Shown piece after piece: positions 53,608 through 63,550 of a stretch of 64,000 bases of DNA (the first letter of the stretch is position 1; each line of letters starts with the position of its first letter). The translations under genes were made by a program, and so were the position numbers. The notes beneath the pieces are model-generated. The model ran no database searches, was not told the DNA's origin, and saw only the letters and a list, made by a program, of their open reading frames with translations. The stretch comes from a virus. The DNA is taken from positions 1 to 64,000 of IMG/VR virus record IMGVR_UViG_3300037882_001492; one strand, given 5' to 3'.

Positions 53608-55835
53608 TTTATTTCGTATTTAAACAATCGTAAGATTTCCAAATAAAGCAGGTAACGATTCACAACTACTTTATTAAGATCGAATGCATCATCTGTAATC
53701 TTCTTCAAATTACTTCCCATTCGTGTAATCTCTTTAGGATTACGAATCAAATAGGACAGACGATTCTTCCATTCCATTATACTGTTTTCTCTAGAAATAA
53801 GGAAACCAGTTTCACCGTTTTTAATGGTTTCGTCATAGCAACCCATATTAGTGCAAACTAATGGGATTGCATATCTACCACAATTATGCATGACAGTAAA
53901 ATCGTCCAACAAATGTAAATTATCCCCATCTAATTGAAATCCAAAAAACTCTCTATCGCCTGATAGTTTTTCAATTTTAAATCCTGTGGTGAGGGGGTTT
54001 CTAATTTTTTTCTTTATTGTTTGTTTATGTTGTTTTCTGGCTATTTTGCAAGGAATTAAATGAATGGGGCCGGAAATTTGAAGTCTCTCCCATAAAAACA
54101 ATTCTCCCTTTTCATTATACTTTTTACATATTTCCGGGCCGGACACTCTAAACCCTAAACTTCTAGCTAAAAACGCAACATCATTAATTAACTGTTTTGA
54201 CGAATTAGAAAATTGATATGATGATTTTATCAAACACCCATCCGTGTCAATTAGACCGGCCAACAATTCTAATCTATTTTTTCTAGAGTTTATTAAATAT
54301 TGTTTTGGAATAAATTTATTTTTACAAGAAACTTTATAAAGTTTATAAAATTTAAGTTTTTCAATAATCGGGTTTTTAGATGGGCCGGAATTAGGTTCAA
54401 GCCCTGCACTATATGTGCTGGCTTTACTTCCTTGTTTTCCGTATGCATTAATGTGCAGTTTTTCCTCCCCAACACTAAGACAATAATTAGAAAAATATTC
54501 CCTAATTTCTTCGTCCATAGTTATAATCCTTGGAGTTTTTAAAAGGGAACCGTCCCCTAACATCGCTCCAATAAAGTAAGGCTCTAATAAAACTTCCGCA
54601 TGTGGAAACTCTACCTCACTTCTATACAAATTATAATCATATTTCTCTAAATCATATAATGAATCATAATCTTTAACTTTAATTGTTAAAAATTCTTCTC
54701 GCTTCTTAAGACGATTAGTTTTTAAGTGCAGCAAATGGTCTGTGGTTACTGTTATTTCTTTCCCATTCTTAGGAATTATTTTAACCATTTCACTTTTACC
54801 GCGAAATAACTTTATAACATTTCTTTCTTTAGAGTCCGGTCCCATTAATTTATCCCCAAGTTCTACATCCTCAACATTTTTTATAGAACCGTCAAACATC
54901 AAAACTTTAGTACCAGATGCGTAACATTCTGCAACTTTGATATCGGATTTTGAATCGTTAAAGAAATTATATTGTAATGGGGCAATAGCAATATCAATAT
55001 TACTATAGAAGATGCCATACTTATCAATCGGTTGCGCCCAAAAGATTTCTACATTTGATCGTTTAGATCCAGCAGTTAGAATCTTTTGGTAATTGTCCCA
55101 AACATCACTTTGCCAATCTTTTTTAGCACCAGGAGGAAAAAAAGGTCTTCCAAAGAAATTCCATTTAACTTTTTCAGGTCCAACTAACTGATTTACAGCC
55201 AGCATTGTACCTTTAAATTCTTTTACATCTTCCTCATGGTGGATTCCGCCTACCCAACCAATTCTAACGGGTTTAGACTGATTCTTTGGTGCATTCCAAT
55301 TCGGAAGGTTGTAATCAATAGCATTTTTAAGGATCGCTAAGGCACCAGATTTAATATAAGGTTTTACTCGCTCAGCAAACTTTCTTTGAGTTACAGTAAC
55401 AAGATTTGAATGCTCATAAAGTAATTTAGTTAATTCGTCTAATTTCTTTTCTTTATAGGCAGCATAATGTCTATGCCCTTCGTATAAATCAGTAAGTAAA
55501 TCATCTGTATCAAAATGATGGATTTTGCCTCTCTTTCTAGTTTCGTCTAATAATTGAACATTATATTGTGGTCCGAAATCGTGAATATTGCAAGTAAACA
55601 CAATATCAGCCCATTCAATATCGGGAACTTTACTATCTGGATTTACAAAGATTTGAGTTCCTTCACCTTGCCGCCACTCTAAAGGATTTTTATTGAAGCG
55701 AACTTCGATATAATCAGATAGAGCTTCCTGTATTTTTTTACATGGAATAATAACCCGATATTGAGCGCACCCCCCTTCATTCGGAGGAACAGCTAATAGG
55801 CGTAATTTTCTTGGAAGTTTAGGTAAATCTTGCAT
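53604..55835 (-). CDS. GT-B (GT4-like) glycosyltransferase containing an intein
   Basis: GCA.YR...P, D.DD, IGW.GG..H..D, DIAIAPL..N.FN..KS.IK.AE|intein|CG...P.V.T...Y...I..GETGFL. Confidence 0.88.
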   Translation of the reverse strand: MQDLPKLPRKLRLLAVPPNEGGCAQYRVIIPCKKIQEALSDYIEVRFNKNPLEWRQGEGTQIFVNPDSKVPDIEWADIVFTCNIHDFGPQYNVQLLDETRKRGKIHHFDTDDLLTDLYEGHRHYAAYKEKKLDELTKLLYEHSNLVTVTQRKFAERVKPYIKSGALAILKNAIDYNLPNWNAPKNQSKPVRIGWVGGIHHEEDVKEFKGTMLAVNQLVGPEKVKWNFFGRPFFPPGAKKDWQSDVWDNYQKILTAGSKRSNVEIFWAQPIDKYGIFYSNIDIAIAPLQYNFFNDSKSDIKVAECYASGTKVLMFDGSIKNVEDVELGDKLMGPDSKERNVIKLFRGKSEMVKIIPKNGKEITVTTDHLLHLKTNRLKKREEFLTIKVKDYDSLYDLEKYDYNLYRSEVEFPHAEVLLEPYFIGAMLGDGSLLKTPRIITMDEEIREYFSNYCLSVGEEKLHINAYGKQGSKASTYSAGLEPNSGPSKNPIIEKLKFYKLYKVSCKNKFIPKQYLINSRKNRLELLAGLIDTDGCLIKSSYQFSNSSKQLINDVAFLARSLGFRVSGPEICKKYNEKGELFLWERLQISGPIHLIPCKIARKQHKQTIKKKIRNPLTTGFKIEKLSGDREFFGFQLDGDNLHLLDDFTVMHNCGRYAIPLVCTNMGCYDETIKNGETGFLISRENSIMEWKNRLSYLIRNPKEITRMGSNLKKITDDAFDLNKVVVNRYLLYLEILRLFKYEIK
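53883..54926 (-). mobile_element. Intein with LAGLIDADG homing endonuclease (348 aa)
   Basis: Starts CYASGTKVLMFDGS, block B VTTDH, GAMLGDG and LLAGLIDTDG, ends VMHN/C. Confidence 0.92.
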
Positions 55836-55889
55836 AAAAAAAATAGGGGAGACTCTTTGTTAAAATCTCCCCTCAAAACCATCAAAATC

Positions 55890-56699
55890 TTAGGCTTCCA
55901 TGTCGTCCAAGGACTCAGAAAATTCTTGGTCATCAGACCCGACAGCAGCCGCAGCAGCGGATACAGGAGCCGCAATTCCCAACATTTCAGCCCTATATTG
56001 GTCCCTCTTGGCATCAGCCACCGCTCTAACCTCTTCAAAGGCAGGAAGTTTAATCAAAACACTTAAATCGTGTCTTTGAGCAAGGATATTAGCAATCTCT
56101 TCTTCGCTTTCCGCTAACGGAGTAGATTTAATTCTAAACGAAGATTTATCGTAATTATTGTAACCAGCGACCTTTTCCATTTTCAGGTTAAAGTCCCATC
56201 CCTTTTCAGTATCGAAAATATAAGTCTCTCCGTTACCAAAATCTTCGTCAAACATTCCATCAAGAATCTTTTGGAAGATTTTAACTCCTTGGCTAAGGAT
56301 TTTGACTTTTGAATCTCTACGATCATAGACATTGAAATAGTAGCGATCAGATGCGCCTAAGCCATTCTTGAATAAGAAATCTCGTTTTGCTTCTCCAGCA
56401 GGAGTTTCTTTTCCATCGTTATTGATATCTTTCCAGATTTCAAAATATAGTTCGCACAGAGGGCATTTTTCATCATGCTTTCTCAAGCAATGAAAGTTAT
56501 TCTCTCCGACTTTGTGAATTGCAGTTTCAGCGTAAAATTGTTCGGGATTTGGATTTCCAGGAAGAATTCTCAAGGAAGCAGATTCTTTCTCCCCGATTTG
56601 AACGAAATTCTCAAGGAAGTTTCCGCCCGAACCTTTGTTTGCAAGTTTCTCTTTCTTCTTTCGAAGTTCTTCCATAAAGTTAGGTGTTAGTTTAGCCAT
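55890..56699 (-). CDS. 32: Single-stranded DNA-binding protein (gp32-like)
   Basis: LRILP, H...C....CPLCE, YYFNV, G.DF.L, NYD.S, acidic tail. Confidence 0.85.
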   Translation of the reverse strand: MAKLTPNFMEELRKKKEKLANKGSGGNFLENFVQIGEKESASLRILPGNPNPEQFYAETAIHKVGENNFHCLRKHDEKCPLCELYFEIWKDINNDGKETPAGEAKRDFLFKNGLGASDRYYFNVYDRRDSKVKILSQGVKIFQKILDGMFDEDFGNGETYIFDTEKGWDFNLKMEKVAGYNNYDKSSFRIKSTPLAESEEEIANILAQRHDLSVLIKLPAFEEVRAVADAKRDQYRAEMLGIAAPVSAAAAAVGSDDQEFSESLDDMEA

Positions 56700-56700
56700 G

Positions 56701-57138
56701 TTAAGTTGTTAATTTGATTTCAGCCCTTCTGTTACTGCTGGCCTGAACAAGCATATCTTTTAATGTCTCGACTGAGGCATATAAATTTTTACATAGGAAA
56801 AAACGATATTCCTCTGTAAGTAACCCTCTGTAAGATTCTTTTACTTTAGGGTCAAGGATAGACAACGATTCTAATTTAGCATCACTAAGTTTAGAAGAAG
56901 AAGATTTAATGGCATCAGCCTTAATCTGCGACACAATCTCATCATGATCTATTCGTCTTGAGTCATAACGATTCTTAGCATATGCAAGAACCGCACCAAG
57001 AAATGCATGATAAGCAGCGACTTCTGTAATTCGTTTATCTAAGGTTTCTTCATTGAAAGATAACAAGTTAGTGATTAAAGTCTCATAACGATCTTCAATG
57101 TTGGTATAGAAGTTTTTGTAGGTTTCGATAGGTAGCAT
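56701..57138 (-). CDS. uvsY: Recombination mediator UvsY-like
   Basis: Helical 145 aa, between helicase and gp32. Confidence 0.6.
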   Translation of the reverse strand: MLPIETYKNFYTNIEDRYETLITNLLSFNEETLDKRITEVAAYHAFLGAVLAYAKNRYDSRRIDHDEIVSQIKADAIKSSSSKLSDAKLESLSILDPKVKESYRGLLTEEYRFFLCKNLYASVETLKDMLVQASSNRRAEIKLTT

Positions 57139-57140
57139 AG

Positions 57141-57506
57141 TTATTGGGTTATAATATTATAGTGTTTATTTCGGGATTTACAAAATTCATAGTAGGAATT
57201 GAAATTTTCGCGGTAAACAAAGAAGTAAGTTTCGTCAGTTGAGTTGATTAAATGTTCTACAAGTCGCGGGTAAGTATAAGTATCTATGTCTGATCTTGTG
57301 AAAAGAAAACAAGCAATACCCCGTTGTTTACAAATTTTTTCTATCTGTTTAAAATATGGTCCTTTCGCAATCAATACGATTTTGTAATGTGATGGAATCT
57401 GATTAACCAGATACGATACATTCTCTTTCGTCGGATATGAGTCAGACAGGATAATACTCACCAACTTAGAAGTATAAGAATCGAAATGAAGTTTGTCTCT
57501 ATGCAT
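57141..57506 (-). CDS. Hypothetical protein
   Basis: 121 aa in replication operon. Confidence 0.6.
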   Translation of the reverse strand: MHRDKLHFDSYTSKLVSIILSDSYPTKENVSYLVNQIPSHYKIVLIAKGPYFKQIEKICKQRGIACFLFTRSDIDTYTYPRLVEHLINSTDETYFFVYRENFNSYYEFCKSRNKHYNIITQ

Positions 57507-58797
57507 CTTGCATCACCATTTTACTTGCTTCAATTTTAATGTTATGGACAAACTTAGAAACCCCATTTCTGTTTTTGATAATAAACAATCTAGCTTTTCC
57601 TTCTTCTTTCTCTGCTGTAGTTTGATTGATCGAGAAGATAAACTCACATGGACGAAGCTTGCCATACGAATCTCCGACTTCTCTTTCAGTAATAATAGTA
57701 ACCTTGTGGGCTTCTCTATTAGTTTGTGTTGCGGTCCAAACTAACATTCTAGATTGAATCGCTAATCCTCTTAGATGTTCAACGGTATCTTGTTGAGCCT
57801 CATAAGTGGCTTTTTCACCTTCGGACATTAAATCAAGGTAATCAATAATCAATACATCAGGAACAAAATTCTCATAGTTTTTCAACTGTTGCAGGTATGC
57901 CCTAAGTTGAGACATTGATAAACATTTGGTCGGAAACTGTTTAACTTTAATCTTACCTAATGGGAATCCTTTCGTTTCAATAAGTTTGTTGTTAATTAAT
58001 GACAGACGATATTTAATGTCCGATACGCGATTCTTTAACTCTGTTATGGGAATTCGTGTGAAACAAGAGTCTATGCGTTGTTCGATTCTATCTTCACTCA
58101 TTTCCAAAGAAATATAAGCAACATTCAAACCTTCTTTTGCCGACTCTACTGCTTGATTAACAAGATAGATTGATTTACCTACTCCTGTTGGTGCAATTAC
58201 CATTGCAATCTCACCACGACCAAATCCACCTTCATCTAACTGTTCATTAAGTTTCTCAAATGGTGTGCGTCCAATACAATTTTTAGTGCTTGTAAGACGC
58301 TGGTATCGTGATTCAAAATCCTCCCCATAATATGAACCTAATTCAAGGGAACGGCCAACTTGTAAAGCGGCGGAAACCCTTTCTCTAACTTTCTCGTAAT
58401 GACCAGAATTTACTAGTTCAACAGATCCGATTAGGGCTTCTACCATCGCTTGCTTTTGAGCAAACTTCTCTACTTTATCTAAGAGATATTCTTTAGTAGA
58501 GTTAGCAGAAACATCAGTTGAATTAATGCTAGTAAGTTCTTGACGATAATCACCTAAAAACTCTTTTTCAGTCAATAAAGGTTTTAGGTCTTCAATGATT
58601 TGTGAATCGTCAGGTAAAGCACGATACTTATAGTAATAATCTCTAATTACTCTAAAGATTTTAGCATGAACATCTGATTCAAAATATTCTGGCTTTAACA
58701 TTGCCAAAATTTGAGTCAAATAATCAATATCCGCCTTGCATAGGAACAGAATTGATCTTTGAATCCCTTCTTCGAAATCTAATGTGTCTTTAGTCAT
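57499..58797 (-). CDS. 41: Replicative DnaB-like helicase (gp41)
   Basis: APTGVGKS, YISLEMSE, IIDYLDLM, LRGLA, WTATQTNR, KNRNG. Confidence 0.95.
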   Translation of the reverse strand: MTKDTLDFEEGIQRSILFLCKADIDYLTQILAMLKPEYFESDVHAKIFRVIRDYYYKYRALPDDSQIIEDLKPLLTEKEFLGDYRQELTSINSTDVSANSTKEYLLDKVEKFAQKQAMVEALIGSVELVNSGHYEKVRERVSAALQVGRSLELGSYYGEDFESRYQRLTSTKNCIGRTPFEKLNEQLDEGGFGRGEIAMVIAPTGVGKSIYLVNQAVESAKEGLNVAYISLEMSEDRIEQRIDSCFTRIPITELKNRVSDIKYRLSLINNKLIETKGFPLGKIKVKQFPTKCLSMSQLRAYLQQLKNYENFVPDVLIIDYLDLMSEGEKATYEAQQDTVEHLRGLAIQSRMLVWTATQTNREAHKVTIITEREVGDSYGKLRPCEFIFSINQTTAEKEEGKARLFIIKNRNGVSKFVHNIKIEASKMVMQDA

Positions 58798-59336
58798 TAA
58801 TTACCTGTTGAACCAAATCCCCCGGTTCCTCTCATATTATACCCTGCTTCCTTCGCTACCATAAGATCAAAATCCTCTTTACAAAAATAAACGCCAGCTA
58901 AAGGTTCAAGCGTTTTTGGAATCATTTGTGCAATTCTTTCTCTTGCTTGAATTGTAATAACTTCGTTTGTGCAATTTCTGATTGCAAGTATTACTTCACC
59001 TCTATAATCAGAGTCAATAATTCCAACTCCATTTGCGAGGGATAAACCTTTTTTACCCCAAGACGATCTAATGAATACTTCAAAGTAATATCCTTGCGGT
59101 GGTTTGATAAAAGTTCCTGTTGAAACTATAGCAATTCTTCCAGGCTCAACTTGAATTGTATTCATCGAAATTAAATCAAATCCCGCAGATCCAGGAGTTG
59201 CTTTTTTTAAAACTGGCCCTGTGTATTGGAAACATTTAATCGTTAATTCCTTAATTTCAACCTTATCAATATCAGGATATTTTTCTTCAATTTCTGCAAT
59301 ATACTGCATTTTCTGTAAAGGGGTTAAATTATCCAT
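58797..59336 (-). CDS. dut: Trimeric dUTPase
   Basis: SAGFDL, RSS, GIIDSDYRGE, RIAQ, RG.GGFGSTG. Confidence 0.95.
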   Translation of the reverse strand: MDNLTPLQKMQYIAEIEEKYPDIDKVEIKELTIKCFQYTGPVLKKATPGSAGFDLISMNTIQVEPGRIAIVSTGTFIKPPQGYYFEVFIRSSWGKKGLSLANGVGIIDSDYRGEVILAIRNCTNEVITIQARERIAQMIPKTLEPLAGVYFCKEDFDLMVAKEAGYNMRGTGGFGSTGN

Positions 59337-59826
59337 TTGGTCTTTTTCCTAAAGTTGTTATTGTTTTATCAATGTTCTCTTCAACTGCTTTCGCAACATT
59401 TTGGGAGCGTTTAATTCTTTCGTGTACTTCTTTTCCTTTTACTCGTTTCAAAGTACCTTCCTGCTCAAAATATTCATAATCCATTTCATATTTGGAATAA
59501 GGTGAAATTCCTTTCTTACCTTCTAATATTTCTTGTGAGTTTTTAATCTCTGCTTGCTGAATTTCCTTTGTATAGGATTTTCTACTTTCAACAGATCGAA
59601 ACACTCGTTCTCTGAAATCTGATGACCTTGCTTGGCATAGAAACTTACCGAAACTAAGTTCCGCCAATTTACCACATTCAGGACATTCAGCATTAGCCGG
59701 AACTGTTAAAGGTGGTTCATCAAAATCCACTATGAATTTGTGTGGAATCATCGAACATTCATCGTTCTCACACCAAAAGTAGAATTTAGTTTGAATGAAA
59801 TTTTCTTCTCCTGCTTTCATTAACAA
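59329..59826 (-). CDS. FmdB-like zinc-ribbon protein
   Basis: C.N..C...CPECG. Confidence 0.55.
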   Translation of the reverse strand: MLMKAGEENFIQTKFYFWCENDECSMIPHKFIVDFDEPPLTVPANAECPECGKLAELSFGKFLCQARSSDFRERVFRSVESRKSYTKEIQQAEIKNSQEILEGKKGISPYSKYEMDYEYFEQEGTLKRVKGKEVHERIKRSQNVAKAVEENIDKTITTLGKRPNG

Positions 59827-60119
59827 TCCTCTTCTTCGTTTCGTATCTTATCAGGAATTCCAACACATGATTCATTTACATAACTAAACTCATATTCTAG
59901 GTTAGAGCTACTATCTTGATTGTGTTTTCTATAACACAAAACCATGGGCATGTATTCTAAAAGAATTGCACCTTCAAGTCGTCTAAGAATTTCATTAATT
60001 GCGGCAGTTCCGTATTCAGATGGGATATACCCGTCTTTATGTCTTTGTAATGTCCCGATAATTTCTAACAAAAGATTATCTTGTGTTAGTGGCCGTAAAT
60101 AATTTACATTATTTTTCAT
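59820..60119 (-). CDS. Hypothetical protein
   Basis: 99 aa. Confidence 0.55.
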   Translation of the reverse strand: MKNNVNYLRPLTQDNLLLEIIGTLQRHKDGYIPSEYGTAAINEILRRLEGAILLEYMPMVLCYRKHNQDSSSNLEYEFSYVNESCVGIPDKIRNEEEDC

Positions 60120-60125
60120 ATTTTA

Positions 60126-63100
60126 TTATAATTCACAAACCCCATTTTTGCAAGTGTCCACAGAATCTACTACATCGACCAACTCACCTTCGATAATTAA
60201 CTTGTCCAAGTCAACGGTTGCTGGATCAATTCTAGTAAGTGGTTCGTTTCCTCTGCTTCCTGCTTTATAGAAAGTGAAGCCTTTAATATCAGCAGCATAA
60301 GTAGTTAAAGTCTCTTGAATTTCGGGAGTCATTGTAAATGTCTCTGGTAGATTACAAGTTTTTGATACGGCTGAATCAATGAATTGTTGAATAGTGGCTT
60401 GCATTTTAATGTGTTCTTCGGGAGTAACATCGTATGCACCGACTACATGTTCAACATTCTTTCCTTTCAAGTAAAGGTATTTAAACAACGGATCAACTAC
60501 GATCTTTTCATTCCACACACTTCCAACCGTAGTGCGCCATCTACGCTTATAAATCGGAGAAAATATAGGCTCAATTCCTGTTGAAACCCCAAGCACCATT
60601 GCCGTACTTCCAGTAGGAGGAACAGTTAGTAATACCGCGTTTCTTAATCCGTTTAGTCTAATTTCTGTTCTAAGTCTAGCCGGTAAGGTTTTAAAATACT
60701 TCTCTTTTCTGAGTTTAGACCAATCATAAGCCTCAAACGAACCTTTATGTCTAGCCAAATTCATAGATGCTTTATAGGCCTCATATCGAATAGTTTGAAA
60801 CAGCCTTTCAGTAAACTCCAAACATGCCTCGCTACCATAACGATAACCGGCTTTAATTAGCATATAATGAAATCCCATTACCCCTAATCCAATTCTACGA
60901 CTTCGAATACCGGCTTCTTTACATTCTGGAATTGGAAAATGGTTTGCCGTTAAAACATCATCTAAAAATCTAACACCGATTCTAACAGTTCGTGCAAGCT
61001 TTTTCCAATCTATTTCTCCATCATCAGATACCATATTAGATAAATTAATATTTCCTAAACAACAGTTCGAATATGCAGGTAATGGAATTTCGCCACAATT
61101 TGATGTAAAACCATATTCTGTTAAAAATGTATGGGTATTGTCGTCAACGGTTATATCATAAACATCTTCATAAATCTCTGTAGCTTCAACATTAACAATT
61201 CTAAGATAATCTTTCTCTGTTTTTAGTTGTTGATTCACGATGGTTTGCAAAGCTTCGTGTTTTCTCAAATGCGTAAGTGATAATTTTGTGCCTAATTTTT
61301 TCGATTGAGCTTCACAAATATTCACATCGTAGCGAACAAAACTCTTTCCATTTAATAATGAAATAGACTTTCTAACTTGACAAGACACTCCGATACATCG
61401 AAGCAGTTTTTTAACATCAAACGCCAACTTTTCATGGCAAGTAGTTAAATTTACATAATTGCCACTATTTTTAGAGTCAGTTTTTCGAATACAAACATGA
61501 CCGTCAGAAGAAAACAACCCATCCAAATAACCTAAAATAAAATCCTCTGATGCTGTCCAGATACATTCTGGAAGTCCATTCTTTTTACCTCTATGGCCGA
61601 GACTATAAAAATAATCACAAAATTCTTTTGAATTCACATACAATTCATAGCAGCCTTTATTTAATCTTAAACGAGAGATATTTTTTTTCCTGGAATTAAC
61701 AAAATCAGCCACAATATTCGCAATACCGTTTTCTGAATCTTCCTGAGAAAAAATAAACCCATAATAAGGACCGTTCCGTTTGTGGATTCCAGACCACCCA
61801 TCGCCGTAATTCCACCCCAAAACAAAACCTTCTTCGTATGTTAGTGTAGATTTTTTATTTCCAAAATGTGGAGATACGGGATGATAAATCAAATCTCCTA
61901 TCTGGAGGTCAGAAGTTTCCTTTTTTCTTAAATCTCCACAGTCAATTGAAATTTTATTATCTCGCTTACAATTAATATTTCTTGTAATTATAGGCCATTT
62001 ATGGTCAGGAGTGCAAAAGACTTCTGATTTATCATTAAATGTAATTTTATATAATTGTTTATTAATTCCTGATTTAAAAACTTTACACGAAACTAATTCC
62101 CCTTTGTAGTTAACCACTTTCGTATAAGGGGTAGTTTCGGCAAGGTCTTTTATTTTAAACCATCCATTTTCAGAATACACTAGCGTATCCCAACGAAGAG
62201 ACGGGTTTGTTTGTTGCATAGTCTCGAAATAAGATACATTAGTATGAGAATTAGCGAAATCTAAATTATAGATTCCAGGTTCCCCACACTCAGTAGCGTT
62301 TTTCAAAATACTATGCCACAAATCTTTAGCTTTTAATACGGTTTGAACTGGATCTTCGAAAGTATCTTTGAAATGTTTTACATAGTGAAACTTAGCAACT
62401 CCCAAAGCATCTTCGGCGGTTTTAGCAACTACTTTAATACGATCATTGCCTAGTTCAGAAATTCTATTAATTTCAAAAACATAATATCGGACATGCCTTC
62501 CACCAAAGGTAAAATACCACTCCTCATCTTTATGAACCGCTTCCATAAATCTATCTGTAATTGCAACAGAAATATTGAAATTAGTCAGTTCTTTGCGGTC
62601 TAATTTTACATTCAGAAACTCTAATAGATCAGGATGAGTGATATTTAAAATACTCATAAGGGCGACCCTGCGGCTCCGTCCGGCCATTACATGGTTACCG
62701 ATTTCATTAATCATTTTCATAACAGAAATAGAACCCGGAGCAGAGTATTTAATATTTTGAATATCTTCCCCTTTTGGTCTAATTTCACTAAAGTTTAGAC
62801 CCACACCGCCTCCACCACATGAAATCTTATACATGTCGGAAATTGTTTTTCCAATACTGTCAATATTGTCGTTTGGAGTTAACGCATAACAATTCAACAT
62901 ATTGTTATTCAATCTCCCGGCACCAAATAGAATTCTACCTCCTGGACAGAAATCACCTGAATTTATAGCATCGTAGAACTTCCTTTCGTGAACTTCTCGT
63001 TCTTCTAAAGGTTCCGCCATCGCAACCGTTTTTGCAACTCGCTTGGCACAATCTTTCCATTCTTCTTCACCAGGAAAAGCATATTTGTCTTTGAATATTG

Positions 63101-63140
63101 TTTCTGCCAGACTTCCTGGTTGTATAACATAATTACTCAT
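60126..63140 (-). CDS. nrdJ: Class II (B12-dependent) ribonucleotide reductase with intein
   Basis: F.PGGRIL, NCY, GGGVG.NFS.IRP, TNP|intein|CGE, CCLG.INL, R.IGLG.MG, PTG, SKTCN; no C-terminal YY pair. Confidence 0.9.
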   Translation of the reverse strand: MSNYVIQPGSLAETIFKDKYAFPGEEEWKDCAKRVAKTVAMAEPLEEREVHERKFYDAINSGDFCPGGRILFGAGRLNNNMLNCYALTPNDNIDSIGKTISDMYKISCGGGGVGLNFSEIRPKGEDIQNIKYSAPGSISVMKMINEIGNHVMAGRSRRVALMSILNITHPDLLEFLNVKLDRKELTNFNISVAITDRFMEAVHKDEEWYFTFGGRHVRYYVFEINRISELGNDRIKVVAKTAEDALGVAKFHYVKHFKDTFEDPVQTVLKAKDLWHSILKNATECGEPGIYNLDFANSHTNVSYFETMQQTNPSLRWDTLVYSENGWFKIKDLAETTPYTKVVNYKGELVSCKVFKSGINKQLYKITFNDKSEVFCTPDHKWPIITRNINCKRDNKISIDCGDLRKKETSDLQIGDLIYHPVSPHFGNKKSTLTYEEGFVLGWNYGDGWSGIHKRNGPYYGFIFSQEDSENGIANIVADFVNSRKKNISRLRLNKGCYELYVNSKEFCDYFYSLGHRGKKNGLPECIWTASEDFILGYLDGLFSSDGHVCIRKTDSKNSGNYVNLTTCHEKLAFDVKKLLRCIGVSCQVRKSISLLNGKSFVRYDVNICEAQSKKLGTKLSLTHLRKHEALQTIVNQQLKTEKDYLRIVNVEATEIYEDVYDITVDDNTHTFLTEYGFTSNCGEIPLPAYSNCCLGNINLSNMVSDDGEIDWKKLARTVRIGVRFLDDVLTANHFPIPECKEAGIRSRRIGLGVMGFHYMLIKAGYRYGSEACLEFTERLFQTIRYEAYKASMNLARHKGSFEAYDWSKLRKEKYFKTLPARLRTEIRLNGLRNAVLLTVPPTGSTAMVLGVSTGIEPIFSPIYKRRWRTTVGSVWNEKIVVDPLFKYLYLKGKNVEHVVGAYDVTPEEHIKMQATIQQFIDSAVSKTCNLPETFTMTPEIQETLTTYAADIKGFTFYKAGSRGNEPLTRIDPATVDLDKLIIEGELVDVVDSVDTCKNGVCEL
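61098..62201 (-). mobile_element. Intein with LAGLIDADG endonuclease (368 aa) at the RNR active-site Cys
   Basis: TNP/SLRWDT..., CTPDHKW, GWNYGDG, YLDGLFSSDG, VYDITV, FTSN/CGE. Confidence 0.92.
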
Positions 63141-63462
63141 TTACTTCTGCAAGCTCCGGTATATTTGGTAACTCTACATCAGTAATAACCGCATAAACAT
63201 CATCATCGAAAAGAACAACCCAATTTGGATCTAATCTTCGTGTTTGGAATCGTCTGATAGCATTTCCTTCAAAGGTAATTAAACTTCCAACTTTAATTGC
63301 TGGATTACATTTCTCACCTACAGATAATACAACCGCTTCTCCAATATGTTTATCTAATTCAGAATCAGGAAGTGCGATCCCTACTGACGATTTAAAATTG
63401 CTTGCATGTCTGTTTTGTAAAACTCTGACAACAAGCCTGTTTCCAATTGCTTGAATTTCCAT
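63133..63462 (-). CDS. GroES-like co-chaperonin (gp31 analog)
   Basis: IQAIGNRLVV, S.GI.LP, A.VLSVG, IKVG..I, DV.AVI. Confidence 0.8.
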   Translation of the reverse strand: MEIQAIGNRLVVRVLQNRHASNFKSSVGIALPDSELDKHIGEAVVLSVGEKCNPAIKVGSLITFEGNAIRRFQTRRLDPNWVVLFDDDVYAVITDVELPNIPELAEVNE

Positions 63463-63550
63463 GTGTTTATATCTAGTCTAATTATTATACATCCGACAGA
63501 GAATTTCTGTAACGGTTTCTGAAAAATTGCAGTATTTAGGGTGCAATATC

